Assembly (NCBI GenBank): GCA_964477935.1 | Contig: CAYZFX010000005.1 | Span: 31,384 to 95,383 of the forward strand | Reading direction: 5' to 3' | Length of the DNA: 64,000 bases | Origin: an uncultured Syntrophorhabdus sp. | GTDB taxonomy: Bacteria; Desulfobacterota; BSN033; UBA1163 | In this document: positions 1-14,119 of the stretch, in pieces | Layout of the letters: each line of letters opens with the position of its first letter | Numbering within the stretch: position 1 is the stretch's first letter | Translations under genes and position numbers: made by a program | Notes under the pieces: generated by a model | Database searches by the model: none | Seen by the model: the letters and a program-made list of their open reading frames with translations, nothing else | Told to the model about the DNA's origin: nothing

Positions 1-201
1 ATTGAGAAGGAGGACATCTTCCTGCCTCACCTGAGCCGGCCAGTCGCTCCGGAAGCCGAATCGCTGGAGGAGATGGAGAAGGTCCACATTCAGAAAGTTC
101 TGGAGCGGACCGGTTGGAATATAACGAAGTCTGCCGAGATCCTTAAAATCGATCGCGTGACCCTTTACAACAAGATCAAAAAGTATAACTTGCAGAAGTA
201 G
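1..201 (+). CDS. C-terminal end (5'-truncated by the window edge) of a sigma-54-dependent (NtrC/Fis-family) transcriptional regulator
   Basis: Frame 1 from position 1 translates ...LEEMEKVHIQKVLERTGWNITKSAEILKIDRVTLYNKIKKYNLQK* with a TAG stop at 199-201. This is the canonical Fis-type HTH tail of enhancer-binding proteins. Confidence 0.6.
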   Translation: MEKEDIFLPHLSRPVAPEAESLEEMEKVHIQKVLERTGWNITKSAEILKIDRVTLYNKIKKYNLQK

Positions 202-212
202 TCGATCCGTTC

Positions 213-758
213 ATGCCCTACATAGACATTGTTCCCGTCGGCGAGGTCGAAGATTCCCTCCTCATCTTTCTCAAAGAAGACCTTTTCGAAACTTTCCGAA
301 TCGAGACCCGAATCCGTCGGAAACCCTTTGAACTCTCCTCCGTCTATGATCCCTCTCGCAACCAGTACAATTCCAGCGGGCTTCTCCTCCAACTTATCCA
401 GGATCCACCCCCCGAGACCATGAAGATTCTGGGAGTGACCGAACTGGACCTCTTCATCCCCATCTTCACCTTCCTCTTCGGCGAGGCTCAACTCAACGGG
501 ATCGGATCGATCGTCTCCGCCCATCGCCTTCACAATCCCTTCTATGGCCTTCCGGAGGATGTGGTCCTGTTGGAGAGCCGTCTCTTAAAAGAGAGCATCC
601 ACGAGCTGGGGCATACCTTCGGTCTCATCCACTGCTTCAATCTGAGGTGTGTGATGAACACCTCGACCTACGTCGAAGACATCGACCAGAAATCGGATCG
701 ATTCTGTCGGGCCTGCGAAAAAAAAATCCATGAATGGCAGGAGGGAAGAACCATTTGA
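213..758 (+). CDS. amzA: Archaemetzincin-family zinc metalloprotease
   Basis: 181-aa ORF carrying the HELGHTFGLIHC zinc-binding motif (HExxHxxGxxH) and a C-terminal Cys cluster (CFNLRC...CRAC) typical of archaemetzincins. Confidence 0.7.
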   Translation: MPYIDIVPVGEVEDSLLIFLKEDLFETFRIETRIRRKPFELSSVYDPSRNQYNSSGLLLQLIQDPPPETMKILGVTELDLFIPIFTFLFGEAQLNGIGSIVSAHRLHNPFYGLPEDVVLLESRLLKESIHELGHTFGLIHCFNLRCVMNTSTYVEDIDQKSDRFCRACEKKIHEWQEGRTI

Positions 759-846
759 AAAGGTTCTTCTTCTCCCCTCTCCTCCACTCCGGAACTTAAG
801 CGATTCCTGGGAAAGGGTTTAGGCCGAATAGGCATCTGATTTTCCG

Positions 847-863
847 AGCCATAGGCTTTTTTT
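847..863 (+). terminator. Weak intrinsic-terminator-like hairpin (AGCC-ATA-GGCT) followed by a T7 run, about 90 nt downstream of amzA
   Basis: Read directly from sequence. The stem is only 4 bp, so this is weak support. Confidence 0.25.
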
Positions 864-1072
864 AATTAATCACGAAAATGATTTTCAGATTAAATGGTTC
901 TCGATACAGGTTAGAACCTATCACTTTTAACATGGCTATTTAATTAAAAATTACATAGCCATAGAAATCTCAAGGGCATATGATTTAAACCGATGTGGTT
1001 TCGATTGAATCTACTGGGGAGGCTGGAATCCCCTTTGGCTGGTCGAATGATGAAGATGTTTCACGTGAAACA

Positions 1073-2488
1073 TCATTTGCCGATGCAGAATTGGTCGAAG
1101 ATCCTATTCAAAACATCTTCGGGGGTCGTCTCTCCAACCATCTCTCCGAGGCTGTTGAGTGCAGAACGGATCTCGAGGGCGATGAACTCGTAAGAGATTC
1201 CTTCTTCTAACCCTTTTACCGTTCGCAGAAGGCTCTCTTTTACATCCGTAAAAATATTTTTATGCCTCAGATTTGCCACGACCAAATGGTCGGGGGAGAC
1301 CCTGACTTTTTGCTGGATAATGAGATCGAAGATAGTCTTTTTTAATTCCTCTATATTTATTTTTTTCAAGGCAGAGATCGAAACAACGGGATCATCGGGA
1401 AGCCAATCCCTTACCTCTTCTATCGAAATTCTCTGAGGGAGATCGTTCTTGTTGAGGACAACCACCTTCTTCTTTTTTCTAATCTCTCCTGCAATTTCGA
1501 TATCATCCTCATCGAGCATCCTGCTCCCATCAAGGACGAGAAGGAGAAGGTCGGCGCTTTCGGCCCTTTCTTTTGCCCGGAGAACCCCCTCTTTTTCGAT
1601 TGAATTCCCGGTCTTTCTCAACCCTGCAGTATCCATAAACCTGACAGGAATACCATGGATATTCAAGACTTCTTCAATCACGTCACGGGTGGTTCCTGGA
1701 ATTGGGGTAACGATCGCCCGTTCCTGTTTTGTTAATATATTGAGAAGGCTCGATTTTCCCACGTTAGTCTTTCCGATGATAGCGCAAGAAATCCCTTCTT
1801 TGAAGATCTTCCCCTCTTCATAAGTGGATATCCATTCCTCAATTTTCTTAATCGTTTCGAGGAGGTCTTGCCTCATCTCCCCTATCCGTAATTCATCAAC
1901 CACTTCATCGGGAAAATCGATGTGCGCCTCTATCAGGGCCAGATAGTTCAATAACTTCTCCTTTAGTGCGCTCACCTCCCTGAAGAGCATGCCCTTCAAC
2001 TGTTGAGTTGCAATCTCGATCCCTTCTTTCGTTTTCGCCTTGATGAGATCGATGACCGCCTCCGCCTGGGTGAGGTCGATCCGACCATTGAGAAATGCCC
2101 TTTTCGTGAACTCTCCTGGCTGCGCCAGCCTTGCCCCATGAGCGATCACCAGCTCCAATACTTTCTGCAGAATGAGATATCCTCCATGGCAATGTATCTC
2201 CGCGATATCTTCCCTTGTGTAAGTCTTAGGTGCCTTCATCAGAACGGCCAAGACCTCATCGACTGTGTGACCGGTCCCGGGATCAACAATATGGCCGTAA
2301 TAAAAACGATGGGAAACAAAATAGTGAATTTTTTTTAGGGGATTGAAAAGTTTTTTGAGGATTGGCTCGGCGAGCTGGCCACTGATACGAACAATCCCTA
2401 TACCGCTCTCACCTAAGGGGGTCGAAATGGCTGCAATCGTCTCATCGGCAAGAGGGGAGATGTTTACAGAAGATTCAATCGGACACAA
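1073..2488 (-). CDS. mnmE: tRNA modification GTPase MnmE (TrmE)
   Basis: 471 aa with G-domain motifs (GKTNVGKSSLLN, DTAGLR) and the family-typical C-terminal CIGK. It sits in the conserved rpmH-rnpA-yidD-yidC-jag-mnmE order. Confidence 0.9.
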   Translation of the reverse strand: MCPIESSVNISPLADETIAAISTPLGESGIGIVRISGQLAEPILKKLFNPLKKIHYFVSHRFYYGHIVDPGTGHTVDEVLAVLMKAPKTYTREDIAEIHCHGGYLILQKVLELVIAHGARLAQPGEFTKRAFLNGRIDLTQAEAVIDLIKAKTKEGIEIATQQLKGMLFREVSALKEKLLNYLALIEAHIDFPDEVVDELRIGEMRQDLLETIKKIEEWISTYEEGKIFKEGISCAIIGKTNVGKSSLLNILTKQERAIVTPIPGTTRDVIEEVLNIHGIPVRFMDTAGLRKTGNSIEKEGVLRAKERAESADLLLLVLDGSRMLDEDDIEIAGEIRKKKKVVVLNKNDLPQRISIEEVRDWLPDDPVVSISALKKINIEELKKTIFDLIIQQKVRVSPDHLVVANLRHKNIFTDVKESLLRTVKGLEEGISYEFIALEIRSALNSLGEMVGETTPEDVLNRIFDQFCIGK

Positions 2489-2966
2489 CGGTTTTACTCT
2501 TCGGGAGAATCCTGATCCTCTTCATCTCTCCATCCCCCAAACTCAACGTTTCGAGGACTGGATCATCCTTTAAGGCGAGATGGACAATTCTTCGATCATG
2601 GGGGTTGTATGGCCCGATATCTATCGATTTCCCACTCCTTTTTACCCTCTCACCAAGACGGAGGGCCATCTTCGTGAGTGAATCGATCCTCCTCGCTTTG
2701 TACCCATTCACATCGATGTAAACTCTCATCTTCTCATCGATTTTTTTGTTAACCATCCTATTGAAAAGGAATTGAAGGGAATCGAGCGTCCGGCCGTGTT
2801 TTCCGATCAGGAGGGACTCCCTACCCCCTTTAAGGTTTAAGAAGAGCCCTTCCTCACCATGGGAGGCCTCCACATCCGCCTCCACACCCATGAAGCCCAG
2901 GAGGTCTTTAATCATCTTTTTGGTTGCATCGATCGATTCTTCTTTCAAAACCTGGCCTCTTACCAT
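2475..2966 (-). CDS. jag: Jag/KhpB (EloR) RNA-binding protein with KH and R3H domains
   Basis: 163 aa, with a KH-like GKHGRTLDSLQFL segment and an R3H-like C-terminus. It lies immediately downstream of yidC, as in most bacteria. Confidence 0.8.
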   Translation of the reverse strand: MVRGQVLKEESIDATKKMIKDLLGFMGVEADVEASHGEEGLFLNLKGGRESLLIGKHGRTLDSLQFLFNRMVNKKIDEKMRVYIDVNGYKARRIDSLTKMALRLGERVKRSGKSIDIGPYNPHDRRIVHLALKDDPVLETLSLGDGEMKRIRILPKSKTVVSD

Positions 2967-4678
2967 CTCTTATTCATATAATACTGGTGTGCAATCGATA
3001 AAACATTGGTAACCATCCAGTAGAGGACAAGCCCTGAGGGAAAGTTGAGGAAGAGGAAAGTGAACATAATCGGCATCAGCATAAATAATCTCGCCTGCGC
3101 CGGATCTGCAGAGGTGGGGGTCATCTTCTGCTGGATGACCATGGTGGCACCCATCAGAATCGGTGTGATATAGATGGGATCCTTGGCAGAGAGATCTTTG
3201 ATCCAGAGGATAAAAGGGGCATGCCTCAGCTCGATCGAATTGTGTAAAGCGTTGTAAAGTGCAATAAAGACAGGTATTTGAATCAGCATCGGGAGGCAGC
3301 CACTCATAGGATTTATCCTTCTCCTCTTGTAGAGGAGCATGATCTCCTGCTGGAGCCTCGCCTTGTCATTCTTAAATTGTTCCCTCAACCGGTTCATTTC
3401 CGGCTGGACCTTCTGCATCTCCTTCATCGACTTCATACTGATCTGTGTTAAAGGAAGGAAGATGATCTTGATCAGAATGCTCAGGATGATGATGTCGATT
3501 CCGAAATTCTTAGTGACGTTATGAGTCAACTTTAAGACCCAGAGAAGGGGTTTTGCCACGATCGTAAAGAAGCCGTAATCGATCAGGCCCTCTGCACCCA
3601 CGCCAAGTTCTGTTAGAGGGTCTGTCAATTTAGGCCCGAGGTAGATTCGGTAACTCTTTGCAATCGCCCCTCTAGGTGGAACTGAAACAGGGGGTGAGGC
3701 CAATTGAGCTGTTAAGAGGTTATTTTCATTTCCCTTTATTTTCAACTGGATGTTCTTTTCTAATGTAGATGGGACCAGAACAGCGGCGAAGTATTCGCCA
3801 GCAAAGGCGTACCAACGGATGTTACCCTGTTCTGCCATCTCGAAGGGTTCCAGTCGTCTCTTCGGTGCTCCGCAGCCTGGTGTGCACCCTGCTGCACCCG
3901 TTCCTCCAAGATCCTTCCTTTCGATCTTCTGATCTTTCATATAGACGTATTTTAGGCCAAAATCTTTATTATCATAATCGGCAAACTTCTCCAACTCAAC
4001 CTTCCCGACCCATTCGAGGCCGAACTGGGTCACCATCTCATTCTGAGTCGGGTTCTGAATCTCGATGTGGATTTCGATGTGATCTCTCTCCGAATAAAAA
4101 TTGTACTTCTTTAATAATTTCAATCCATTACCTAATTCTTTAGAAAAGGTAACCTCCCCTTTCTCGCCCTGTTTCAGGATCTGGAGCCTCTCCTTGTCCA
4201 CCTCCCATAAGGTTGATTCTGTAGAGGGCTGAACGATGAGGCCGAGGGGAAGCCCTTCCTCTTCGGTCGTATTGACGAGATCGAGGGGTCTTGGTTTTTG
4301 AGGCTCTTTACCCTTTCCCCCGAACAGTTCACTAAAAAAATTGGTGAGCGTCAGGGTGATTGAGGATTCTTCGACTCTATCTTTATACCTTTTCAGTTTA
4401 AAATGTTTCAGCCTCGCATCCTCATTCGTAAAGGTGGCGGTATAATTCATCGTTTCAACGACGACATCTTTTTTGGCCACGACCCTGGGTTTGGTAGTAG
4501 CTTGTTTCGGGACGTTGGGGGTTAATATCTCCTTTTTCTCCTGGGGGACGGCCTCTTCCTTTTTGACCTCTTTATGAGGAGGTGGGGCTGGTGGAAAGAA
4601 CTTCGACTGAATAATACCCCATCCGAATATGACTAAAAATGTCAAGATGATAGCCAATAAAGCCCTTTTATCCATCAT
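2960..4678 (-). CDS. yidC: Membrane protein insertase YidC
   Basis: 572 aa with an N-terminal TM segment, a large periplasmic domain and a C-terminal 5-TM core (…LYWMVTNVLSIAHQYYMNKRW). Confidence 0.9.
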   Translation of the reverse strand: MMDKRALLAIILTFLVIFGWGIIQSKFFPPAPPPHKEVKKEEAVPQEKKEILTPNVPKQATTKPRVVAKKDVVVETMNYTATFTNEDARLKHFKLKRYKDRVEESSITLTLTNFFSELFGGKGKEPQKPRPLDLVNTTEEEGLPLGLIVQPSTESTLWEVDKERLQILKQGEKGEVTFSKELGNGLKLLKKYNFYSERDHIEIHIEIQNPTQNEMVTQFGLEWVGKVELEKFADYDNKDFGLKYVYMKDQKIERKDLGGTGAAGCTPGCGAPKRRLEPFEMAEQGNIRWYAFAGEYFAAVLVPSTLEKNIQLKIKGNENNLLTAQLASPPVSVPPRGAIAKSYRIYLGPKLTDPLTELGVGAEGLIDYGFFTIVAKPLLWVLKLTHNVTKNFGIDIIILSILIKIIFLPLTQISMKSMKEMQKVQPEMNRLREQFKNDKARLQQEIMLLYKRRRINPMSGCLPMLIQIPVFIALYNALHNSIELRHAPFILWIKDLSAKDPIYITPILMGATMVIQQKMTPTSADPAQARLFMLMPIMFTFLFLNFPSGLVLYWMVTNVLSIAHQYYMNKRW

Positions 4679-4702
4679 CGATCTCTCTTTTCTTCCTTCT
4701 TC

Positions 4703-4939
4703 TCAATTGCTCTCGGATTCAACAGGGTCATAGCCTCCGGGATTAAAGGGATGACACCTAATCAGCCTCTTCAGAGTGAGCCATCCCCCATGGATTACCC
4801 CATGGCGTTCGATCGCCTCGATGGCATAGCAGGAACAAGACGGATAAAACCGACAGCTGGGACCGAAGGCCATAGAGAGGGTCTTCTGGTAGGTCTGAAG
4901 CAGTAAGATGAGCATCTCTCTTAGTGCTTTTCCCAACAT
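4703..4939 (-). CDS. yidD: Membrane protein insertion efficiency factor YidD
   Basis: 78 aa with the conserved [19 protein letters not shown] motif. Confidence 0.85.
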   Translation of the reverse strand: MLGKALREMLILLLQTYQKTLSMAFGPSCRFYPSCSCYAIEAIERHGVIHGGWLTLKRLIRCHPFNPGGYDPVESESN

Positions 4940-5277
4940 GATTGAATCAAGACCTCCTTCAGTTCCTCTTCAACCTCTTGGTAGGAGGCGGGCAGACTCC
5001 CCTTTTTCACCAGAATAACCAGATCGAGTGACCCAATGATCAGATGTTTGTTCAGGCGAAAGAATTCCCGGAGGTATCGCTTCATCCGGTTGCGGATGCT
5101 GGCCGGTCCAACCTCTCTCTTTACGACAACGCCCAGCCGATGATAGTCTCTTCGGTTTTCGTGGAGAAAGAGGAGATAGTGTTTGGTTGAAAGCCTCCTG
5201 CCAGATCTCATCACCCTTCGGAAATCCTCGGGAAGGGCAATCCTCTCCTTTCGAGTGAACCTAAACGATCCTTTCAC
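4921..5277 (-). CDS. rnpA: RNase P protein component RnpA (GTG start overlapping the rpmH stop)
   Basis: 118 aa, basic, RnpA-like (FRFTRKERI...[10 protein letters not shown]), positioned between rpmH and yidD. Confidence 0.85.
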   Translation of the reverse strand: MKGSFRFTRKERIALPEDFRRVMRSGRRLSTKHYLLFLHENRRDYHRLGVVVKREVGPASIRNRMKRYLREFFRLNKHLIIGSLDLVILVKKGSLPASYQEVEEELKEVLIQSCWEKH

Positions 5278-5412
5278 TAAACGGTTAGCCTCTTCCTGCC
5301 TTTGGCTCTCCTCCGCTTAAGGACTTTTCGGCCACTGCGGGTGGACATCCTCTCCAGGAAGCCGTGAGTCCTTTTCCGTCTGATCGTGCTCGGTTGGTAG
5401 GTTCTCTTCATC
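5277..5412 (-). CDS. rpmH: 50S ribosomal protein L34
   Basis: This gene is below the 60-aa cutoff of the ORF track. Manual reverse-complement translation gives [44 protein letters not shown], a textbook L34 sequence. Confidence 0.85.
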
Positions 5413-5458
5413 TCAATCCTCTTTCGAGACGTGGCTTGTTTTTTGAAATAATTAAACT

Positions 5459-5487
5459 TTTTGAGTAAACCATATTTCTACTCAAAA
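5459..5487. promoter_or_regulatory. Perfect 9-bp inverted repeat TTTTGAGTA-N11-TACTCAAAA in the divergent rpmH/gyrA promoter region
   Basis: Read directly from sequence. A TTGACA (5511-5516) plus an AT-rich -10-like element lies about 25 nt downstream, facing gyrA. Confidence 0.3.
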
Positions 5488-5571
5488 GTCAAGATCAGGG
5501 CGGGTTTCTGTTGACAGGGGGCCTGATTTATATTAAGTTTTTCAACAAAATGGATCCCTTCTGAGGCACCG

Positions 5572-7998
5572 ATGAACGAGTATCAGACTGCCATTCCCAT
5601 CAACATCGAAGACGAGATGAGACGCTCCTACATGGACTATGCCATGAGCGTCATCATCGGCCGGGCCCTTCCTGATGTCCGGGATGGGCTCAAACCGGTT
5701 CATCGCCGGATCCTCTACGCGATGAACGAACTGAACAATGACTGGGATAAACCCTATAAGAAGTCAGCCAGGATCGTCGGCGACGTCATCGGTAAATACC
5801 ATCCCCATGGAGATATGGCTGTCTATGATGCCATCGTCAGGATGGCCCAAGACTTCTCGCTCCGATACCCCCTGATCGACGGCCAGGGGAATTTCGGGTC
5901 GGTTGACGGCGACCCGCCAGCTGCGATGCGATATACCGAAATACGAATGGCGAAATTGGCTTCCGAACTCCTCGCTGACATCGATAAAGAGACGGTCGAT
6001 TTCGTTCCAAATTACGACGAATCGTTGTTGGAACCTTCGGTCCTCCCCTCTAAATTTCCAAACCTCGTTGTGAACGGTTCCTCAGGGATCGCGGTAGGTA
6101 TGGCCACCAACATCCCCCCTCACAATCTCAATGAGGTCATCGAGGGCCTGATCGCCCTCATTGAGAACCCGGAAATTACCCCTGAGGAGTTGATGTCGCA
6201 CATCCCTGGTCCCGACTTCCCAACGGGCGGATTCATCTATGGCCGGGAGGGAATCCGGTCCGCCTACGAAACCGGAAAGGGGGTCATCCAGCTTCGAGCC
6301 AAGGCTTTCATCGAGAGGGACAAGAAAGGAGAGCGGGAGAGCATCATCGTCACCGAACTCCCTTACCAGACCAATAAGGCTAAGCTGATCGAAAGGATCG
6401 CTGAACTCATTCAGGAGAAGGTGATCGAGGGGATTTCTGCCGTTCGGGATGAATCGGACCGGGAGGGGATGCGGGTGGTCATCGAGCTGAAGCGGAATGA
6501 GGTCCCCGAAGTCATCCTGAACCAGCTCTACAAGAATACCCAGATGCAGACCTCCTTCGGGATCATCCTCCTGGCGATCCATCAGAATCAACCCAAGCTC
6601 CTCTCCCTCAAGGAGATGCTCCACCTCTTCCTTCAGCACCGAAAGGAGGTGGTGACCCGGAGGTCTCTCTTTGAGCTGCGAAGGGCAGAGTCCCGGGCCC
6701 ACATCCTCGAAGGCCTCAAGAAAGCCATCGATCAGATCGACGCGGTCATCGCCACGATCAAGGCCTCCAAGACCCCCAAGGAGGCCAAAGAGCGGTTGAT
6801 GGACCGCTTTGAGCTTTCCGAAGAACAGGCCCAGGCCATTCTCGACATGAGGCTTCAGCGGCTCACCAACTTAGAACAACGGAAGATCGTCGAAGAATAT
6901 GAGGAGACGATCAAGTTGATCAATCGCCTTAAGGATATCCTGGCCAGTGAGCGCCTGATGCTCAATGTGATCAAAGAAGAGCTCCTTTCAATTAAAGCCT
7001 CTTACGGGGACCCGAGGCATACGGAGATTGTGGACGTTGCTCCGGAGATCCGGATCGAAGACCTGATCGCTGAAGAGGACATGGTGGTAACAATCACCCA
7101 TTCGGGTTACATCAAGCGAAATCCCATCAGTCTCTATCGGAGTCAGCACCGCGGCGGAAAGGGGAAAGTGGGGATCAACGTCAAGGAGGAGGATTTTGTC
7201 GAAGATCTCTTCATCGCCTCCACCCATGACTACCTCCTCTTCTTCACCGATGCGGGAAAGATCTACTGGAAGAAGGTCCATGAAATTCCTCAGGCGGGCC
7301 GTCTGACCCGCGGGAAGGCCATCGTCAATCTTCTCAATCTCGGCCCGGAGGAGAAGGTGACGACGATCCTCTCCCTCAAGGATTTCTCTCCCGGAAAGTT
7401 TATCACCTTCGTCACGAAAAATGGAAAGATCAAGAAGACCGCCCTCGAGGCTTACAGCAATCCCCGGTCGGGTGGGATCATCGCCCTTGGCCTCGACGAG
7501 GGGGACGAACTCATCTCCACCAAGCTGACCGATGGCGACCGTCACCTCTTCATCGGAACGAAACTTGGAAAGGCCATCCACTTCCCGGAGAATCAGGTGC
7601 GGGAGATGGGCCGGACCGCAAAGGGCATCCGTGGCATTCGCCTGACCCGGGGAGATGAGGTCGTCGCCATGGAGGTCGTCCTTCCCCACACCTCCCTATT
7701 GACGGTCACAGAAAACGGTTATGGGAAACGATCGTTGGCCTCGGAATACCGAATTCAAAACAGGGGAGGCAGTGGTATCTATACAGTGAAGAGGACGAAA
7801 AAGACGGGAGATGTCGTGGGCATCAAGGCCATCATCGATGAGGATGATCTGATGATCATCTCCAACAAAGGGAGGATCATCCGGTTAAGGGCTGCAGATA
7901 TTCCTGTCCAGGGAAGAAACACCCAAGGCGTTCGCCTCATCACCCTCGAAGAATCGGAACGGGTGGTGGCGGTCGCCAGGCTGGCCGAGAAGGATTAA
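5572..7998 (+). CDS. gyrA: DNA gyrase subunit A
   Basis: 808 aa. The N-terminus matches GyrA (…[31 protein letters not shown]…), a GyrA box ([10 protein letters not shown]) is present, and a C-terminal beta-pinwheel follows. Confidence 0.9.
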   Translation: MNEYQTAIPINIEDEMRRSYMDYAMSVIIGRALPDVRDGLKPVHRRILYAMNELNNDWDKPYKKSARIVGDVIGKYHPHGDMAVYDAIVRMAQDFSLRYPLIDGQGNFGSVDGDPPAAMRYTEIRMAKLASELLADIDKETVDFVPNYDESLLEPSVLPSKFPNLVVNGSSGIAVGMATNIPPHNLNEVIEGLIALIENPEITPEELMSHIPGPDFPTGGFIYGREGIRSAYETGKGVIQLRAKAFIERDKKGERESIIVTELPYQTNKAKLIERIAELIQEKVIEGISAVRDESDREGMRVVIELKRNEVPEVILNQLYKNTQMQTSFGIILLAIHQNQPKLLSLKEMLHLFLQHRKEVVTRRSLFELRRAESRAHILEGLKKAIDQIDAVIATIKASKTPKEAKERLMDRFELSEEQAQAILDMRLQRLTNLEQRKIVEEYEETIKLINRLKDILASERLMLNVIKEELLSIKASYGDPRHTEIVDVAPEIRIEDLIAEEDMVVTITHSGYIKRNPISLYRSQHRGGKGKVGINVKEEDFVEDLFIASTHDYLLFFTDAGKIYWKKVHEIPQAGRLTRGKAIVNLLNLGPEEKVTTILSLKDFSPGKFITFVTKNGKIKKTALEAYSNPRSGGIIALGLDEGDELISTKLTDGDRHLFIGTKLGKAIHFPENQVREMGRTAKGIRGIRLTRGDEVVAMEVVLPHTSLLTVTENGYGKRSLASEYRIQNRGGSGIYTVKRTKKTGDVVGIKAIIDEDDLMIISNKGRIIRLRAADIPVQGRNTQGVRLITLEESERVVAVARLAEKD

Positions 7999-8054
7999 AA
8001 AAGACTTGAATTTTTTTTTAAATAGGGTTAAGTGTATAGAGGTCCGAAAAAAAA

Positions 8055-8120
8055 CATCATCCACATACCAATTCCCCTCTGAGACTTAAAAATCTTTTTT
8101 CCACATTTGTGGAAACATTG
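8055..8120. promoter_or_regulatory. Candidate oriC/dnaA-promoter DnaA-box cluster in the AT-rich gyrA-dnaA spacer
   Basis: TCATCCACA (8057-8065) and TTTTCCACA (8097-8105) each match TTATCCACA at 8 of 9 positions. TGTGGAAAC (8108-8116) is the reverse complement of GTTTCCACA, a 7 of 9 match. Flanking A/T tracts run through 8010-8160. Confidence 0.4.
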
Positions 8121-8204
8121 TGAAAAAAGCTTTATAACCTATTTAAATGTATAGATTTTTTCTTTTTGGGTCTTTCCTGCCCATTTCATAAAGTTCTTCT
8201 CCAT

Positions 8205-9575
8205 ATGCCTGAAACCCTCGCTGTCGAGCTACAAGAAAATCTCTGGACGAAGGTCTCTGCCATTCTCAAAGAGAGAATCGGTTCTCAGAATTTTGACATC
8301 TGGATCAAGCCCCTTCAAATCCGATCGATGGATGGGGAAAGGGTCGAAGTGGAGGTCCCCAATCGCTTCTTCAGGGAATGGATTCAAGAGCACTATTCGG
8401 TTCATATTAAAGAGGCCTTTTCCATCTTGACTCAGAGGTCCTTCTCTCTTCTTTTTCGAATTAAGAATGAATCGGCTTCTTCGGAGAGGGGAAACAGGTT
8501 CCTCGCCCCTTCTGAAAATAGCCTCCCCTCTATCTTCCACCCGCTCAAATCTCCTTTCAATCCGAAATATACCTTTGAAAATTTTGTAGTAGGGGCAAGC
8601 AACCAATTTGCCAATGCGGCCTGCCTCGCTGTGGCCAATTTACCGGCTAAAAACTATAATCCTCTCTTCATCTATGGTGGGGTAGGGCTCGGAAAGACCC
8701 ACCTCCTCCACGCCATCGGAAACCACATTCTTCAGCACCGCATTGTCCCCGATCCGAAGAAGATCTGCTATACCTCAGCAGAGGAGTTCACTAATGAGAT
8801 GATTAATTCCATCCGCTTCGAAAAGATGGAGGAGTTTAGGAATAAGTATCGACGGATGGATATCCTGATGATCGATGATATCCAATTTATTGCCGGGAAA
8901 GAGAGGACCCAGGCTGAATTCTTCCATACCTTTAATTCCCTCTATGAGGCCAGAAAGCAGATCGTTGTCACGAGCGATAAGTTTCCGAAAGACATCCCAA
9001 ACTTTGAGGAACGCCTCCGATCCCGTTTTGAATGGGGACTGATTGCGGATATCCAGCCCCCGGATATCGAAACGAAGGTGGCGATCCTTCGGAAGAAGGC
9101 AGAGATCGAGAGGATCCATCTCCCCAATGATGTGGCCTTCTTTTTGGCCTCTCAGATCGACTCCAATATCCGAATGCTGGAGGGATGCCTCATTCGAATC
9201 GGGGCCTTTGCTTCCCTTTCCAGAACGGAGATCGACCTCCAAATGGCTAAGGAGGTGTTGAAGAATATCATCAAACCCAAAGAGGAGTCGGTCTCCATCG
9301 AGGTCATCCAAAAGGTGGTGGCCCACCATTTCAACTTGAAGATATCCGATTTCAAAGCCAAACGAAAAAATAAGGGGTATGTCTTACCCCGTCAGATAGC
9401 GATCTATCTCACTCGCAAATTGACCAACCTTTCCCTGATCGAAATTGGGGAGAAATTTGGAGGAAAGGACCATTCGACCGTCCTCCATTCTATTAAAAAG
9501 GTGGAGGAGCGGATGGGGAAAGATCCCTCTTTCAAAGAGAAGATCGACCATCTCATAAGTCGAATTCAGTCCTAA
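8205..9575 (+). CDS. dnaA: Chromosomal replication initiator DnaA
   Basis: AAA+ Walker A (GGVGLGKTHLLHA), sensor motifs and a C-terminal DNA-binding domain (…VLPRQIAIYLTRKLTNLSLIEIGEKFGGKDHSTVLHS…). The start was chosen at MPETLAV; the ORF itself extends back to 8166. Confidence 0.9.
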   Translation: MPETLAVELQENLWTKVSAILKERIGSQNFDIWIKPLQIRSMDGERVEVEVPNRFFREWIQEHYSVHIKEAFSILTQRSFSLLFRIKNESASSERGNRFLAPSENSLPSIFHPLKSPFNPKYTFENFVVGASNQFANAACLAVANLPAKNYNPLFIYGGVGLGKTHLLHAIGNHILQHRIVPDPKKICYTSAEEFTNEMINSIRFEKMEEFRNKYRRMDILMIDDIQFIAGKERTQAEFFHTFNSLYEARKQIVVTSDKFPKDIPNFEERLRSRFEWGLIADIQPPDIETKVAILRKKAEIERIHLPNDVAFFLASQIDSNIRMLEGCLIRIGAFASLSRTEIDLQMAKEVLKNIIKPKEESVSIEVIQKVVAHHFNLKISDFKAKRKNKGYVLPRQIAIYLTRKLTNLSLIEIGEKFGGKDHSTVLHSIKKVEERMGKDPSFKEKIDHLISRIQS

Positions 9576-9781
9576 AGATTGTTGAGATCCTGTTGAATAA
9601 AGGAAGGTCGAAATAACAGGGGTTGAACGATCCACTCTTTCATCCTTTTTTTAAAAAGGAGAGGTTGACAAAATCCTTAACAAGATTCACTCATTCTCTA
9701 TCCTTTCTTCATTTCCACAGGAAGAGACGATGAGGATGAAAGAAGAGATTTTTGAAGACGGAGAAGTCAGAGGAGGAAGAT

Positions 9782-13382
<3,601 letters not shown>

Positions 13383-13405
13383 AATCGGAAGGCAACAGGA
13401 ATGGC

Positions 13406-14029
13406 ATGCTCATCGTCGGAGTGACCGGCGGAGCCGGAAGCGGAAAGACGACGGTCAGCAGGATCTTCGAAGAGGAGGGGGCTTACGTCATTGATGCGGA
13501 TCGGATCGCCCGGGAGCTCGTTAAACCCCGGCGTCCCGCTTGGAAGGAGGTCATCCAGGCCTTCGGGAGAGGGGTTCTCGAAAAGGGTGGTACGATCAAT
13601 CGAAGGCGCTTAGCCGAGATCGCCTTTTCCGATCCCAAGAAGAGGGAGGTCTTGAACAGGATCCTCCATCCACGGATCCAGAGAACCCTTGAACAGAGGG
13701 TCAAGGAGATCGCTCGGAAAGATTCGGAGGCCATCGTCGTCTTTGACGCGCCATTACTGATCGAAACCGGATTGTACCGCGAGATGGATTACGTCGTGGT
13801 CGTCACGACGAGGAAGAGGCAACAGATCGAAAGGCTGCAGAGGAGGGCCTCGTTGACCGAGCAAGAGGCCCGTCGGATTCTCGATGCCCAGATGGGGATC
13901 CGTGAGAAGATGAAGGTAGCCGACTACGTCATTCGGAACGAGGGGGATCTGGAGACGACGCGGAACCGGGCCAGGAGGGTCTTTCGATCCTTAAAGAAGA
14001 TCGCCCTGCAAAGGGGGAACTCTGATTGA
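13406..14029 (+). CDS. coaE: Dephospho-CoA kinase
   Basis: 207 aa with an N-terminal P-loop IVGVTGGAGSGKTTV and a CoaE-like fold. Confidence 0.85.
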   Translation: MLIVGVTGGAGSGKTTVSRIFEEEGAYVIDADRIARELVKPRRPAWKEVIQAFGRGVLEKGGTINRRRLAEIAFSDPKKREVLNRILHPRIQRTLEQRVKEIARKDSEAIVVFDAPLLIETGLYREMDYVVVVTTRKRQQIERLQRRASLTEQEARRILDAQMGIREKMKVADYVIRNEGDLETTRNRARRVFRSLKKIALQRGNSD

Positions 14030-14119
14030 GCCTATTGGCTCAACCCTGAGGGCTTTGATCCTCAAAGATCCCCGAAGGTACATCAAACGAATTAAAGGAG
14101 GAGGAAAAGAGGAGAGGTT

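Noticed and set aside
6082-7689. Long minus-strand ORFs (206 and 233 aa) inside gyrA
   Set aside because: They are antisense to a well-supported gene. Their Gly/Asp/Pro/Arg/Leu-rich, low-complexity translations are typical of antisense frames of GC-rich coding DNA.
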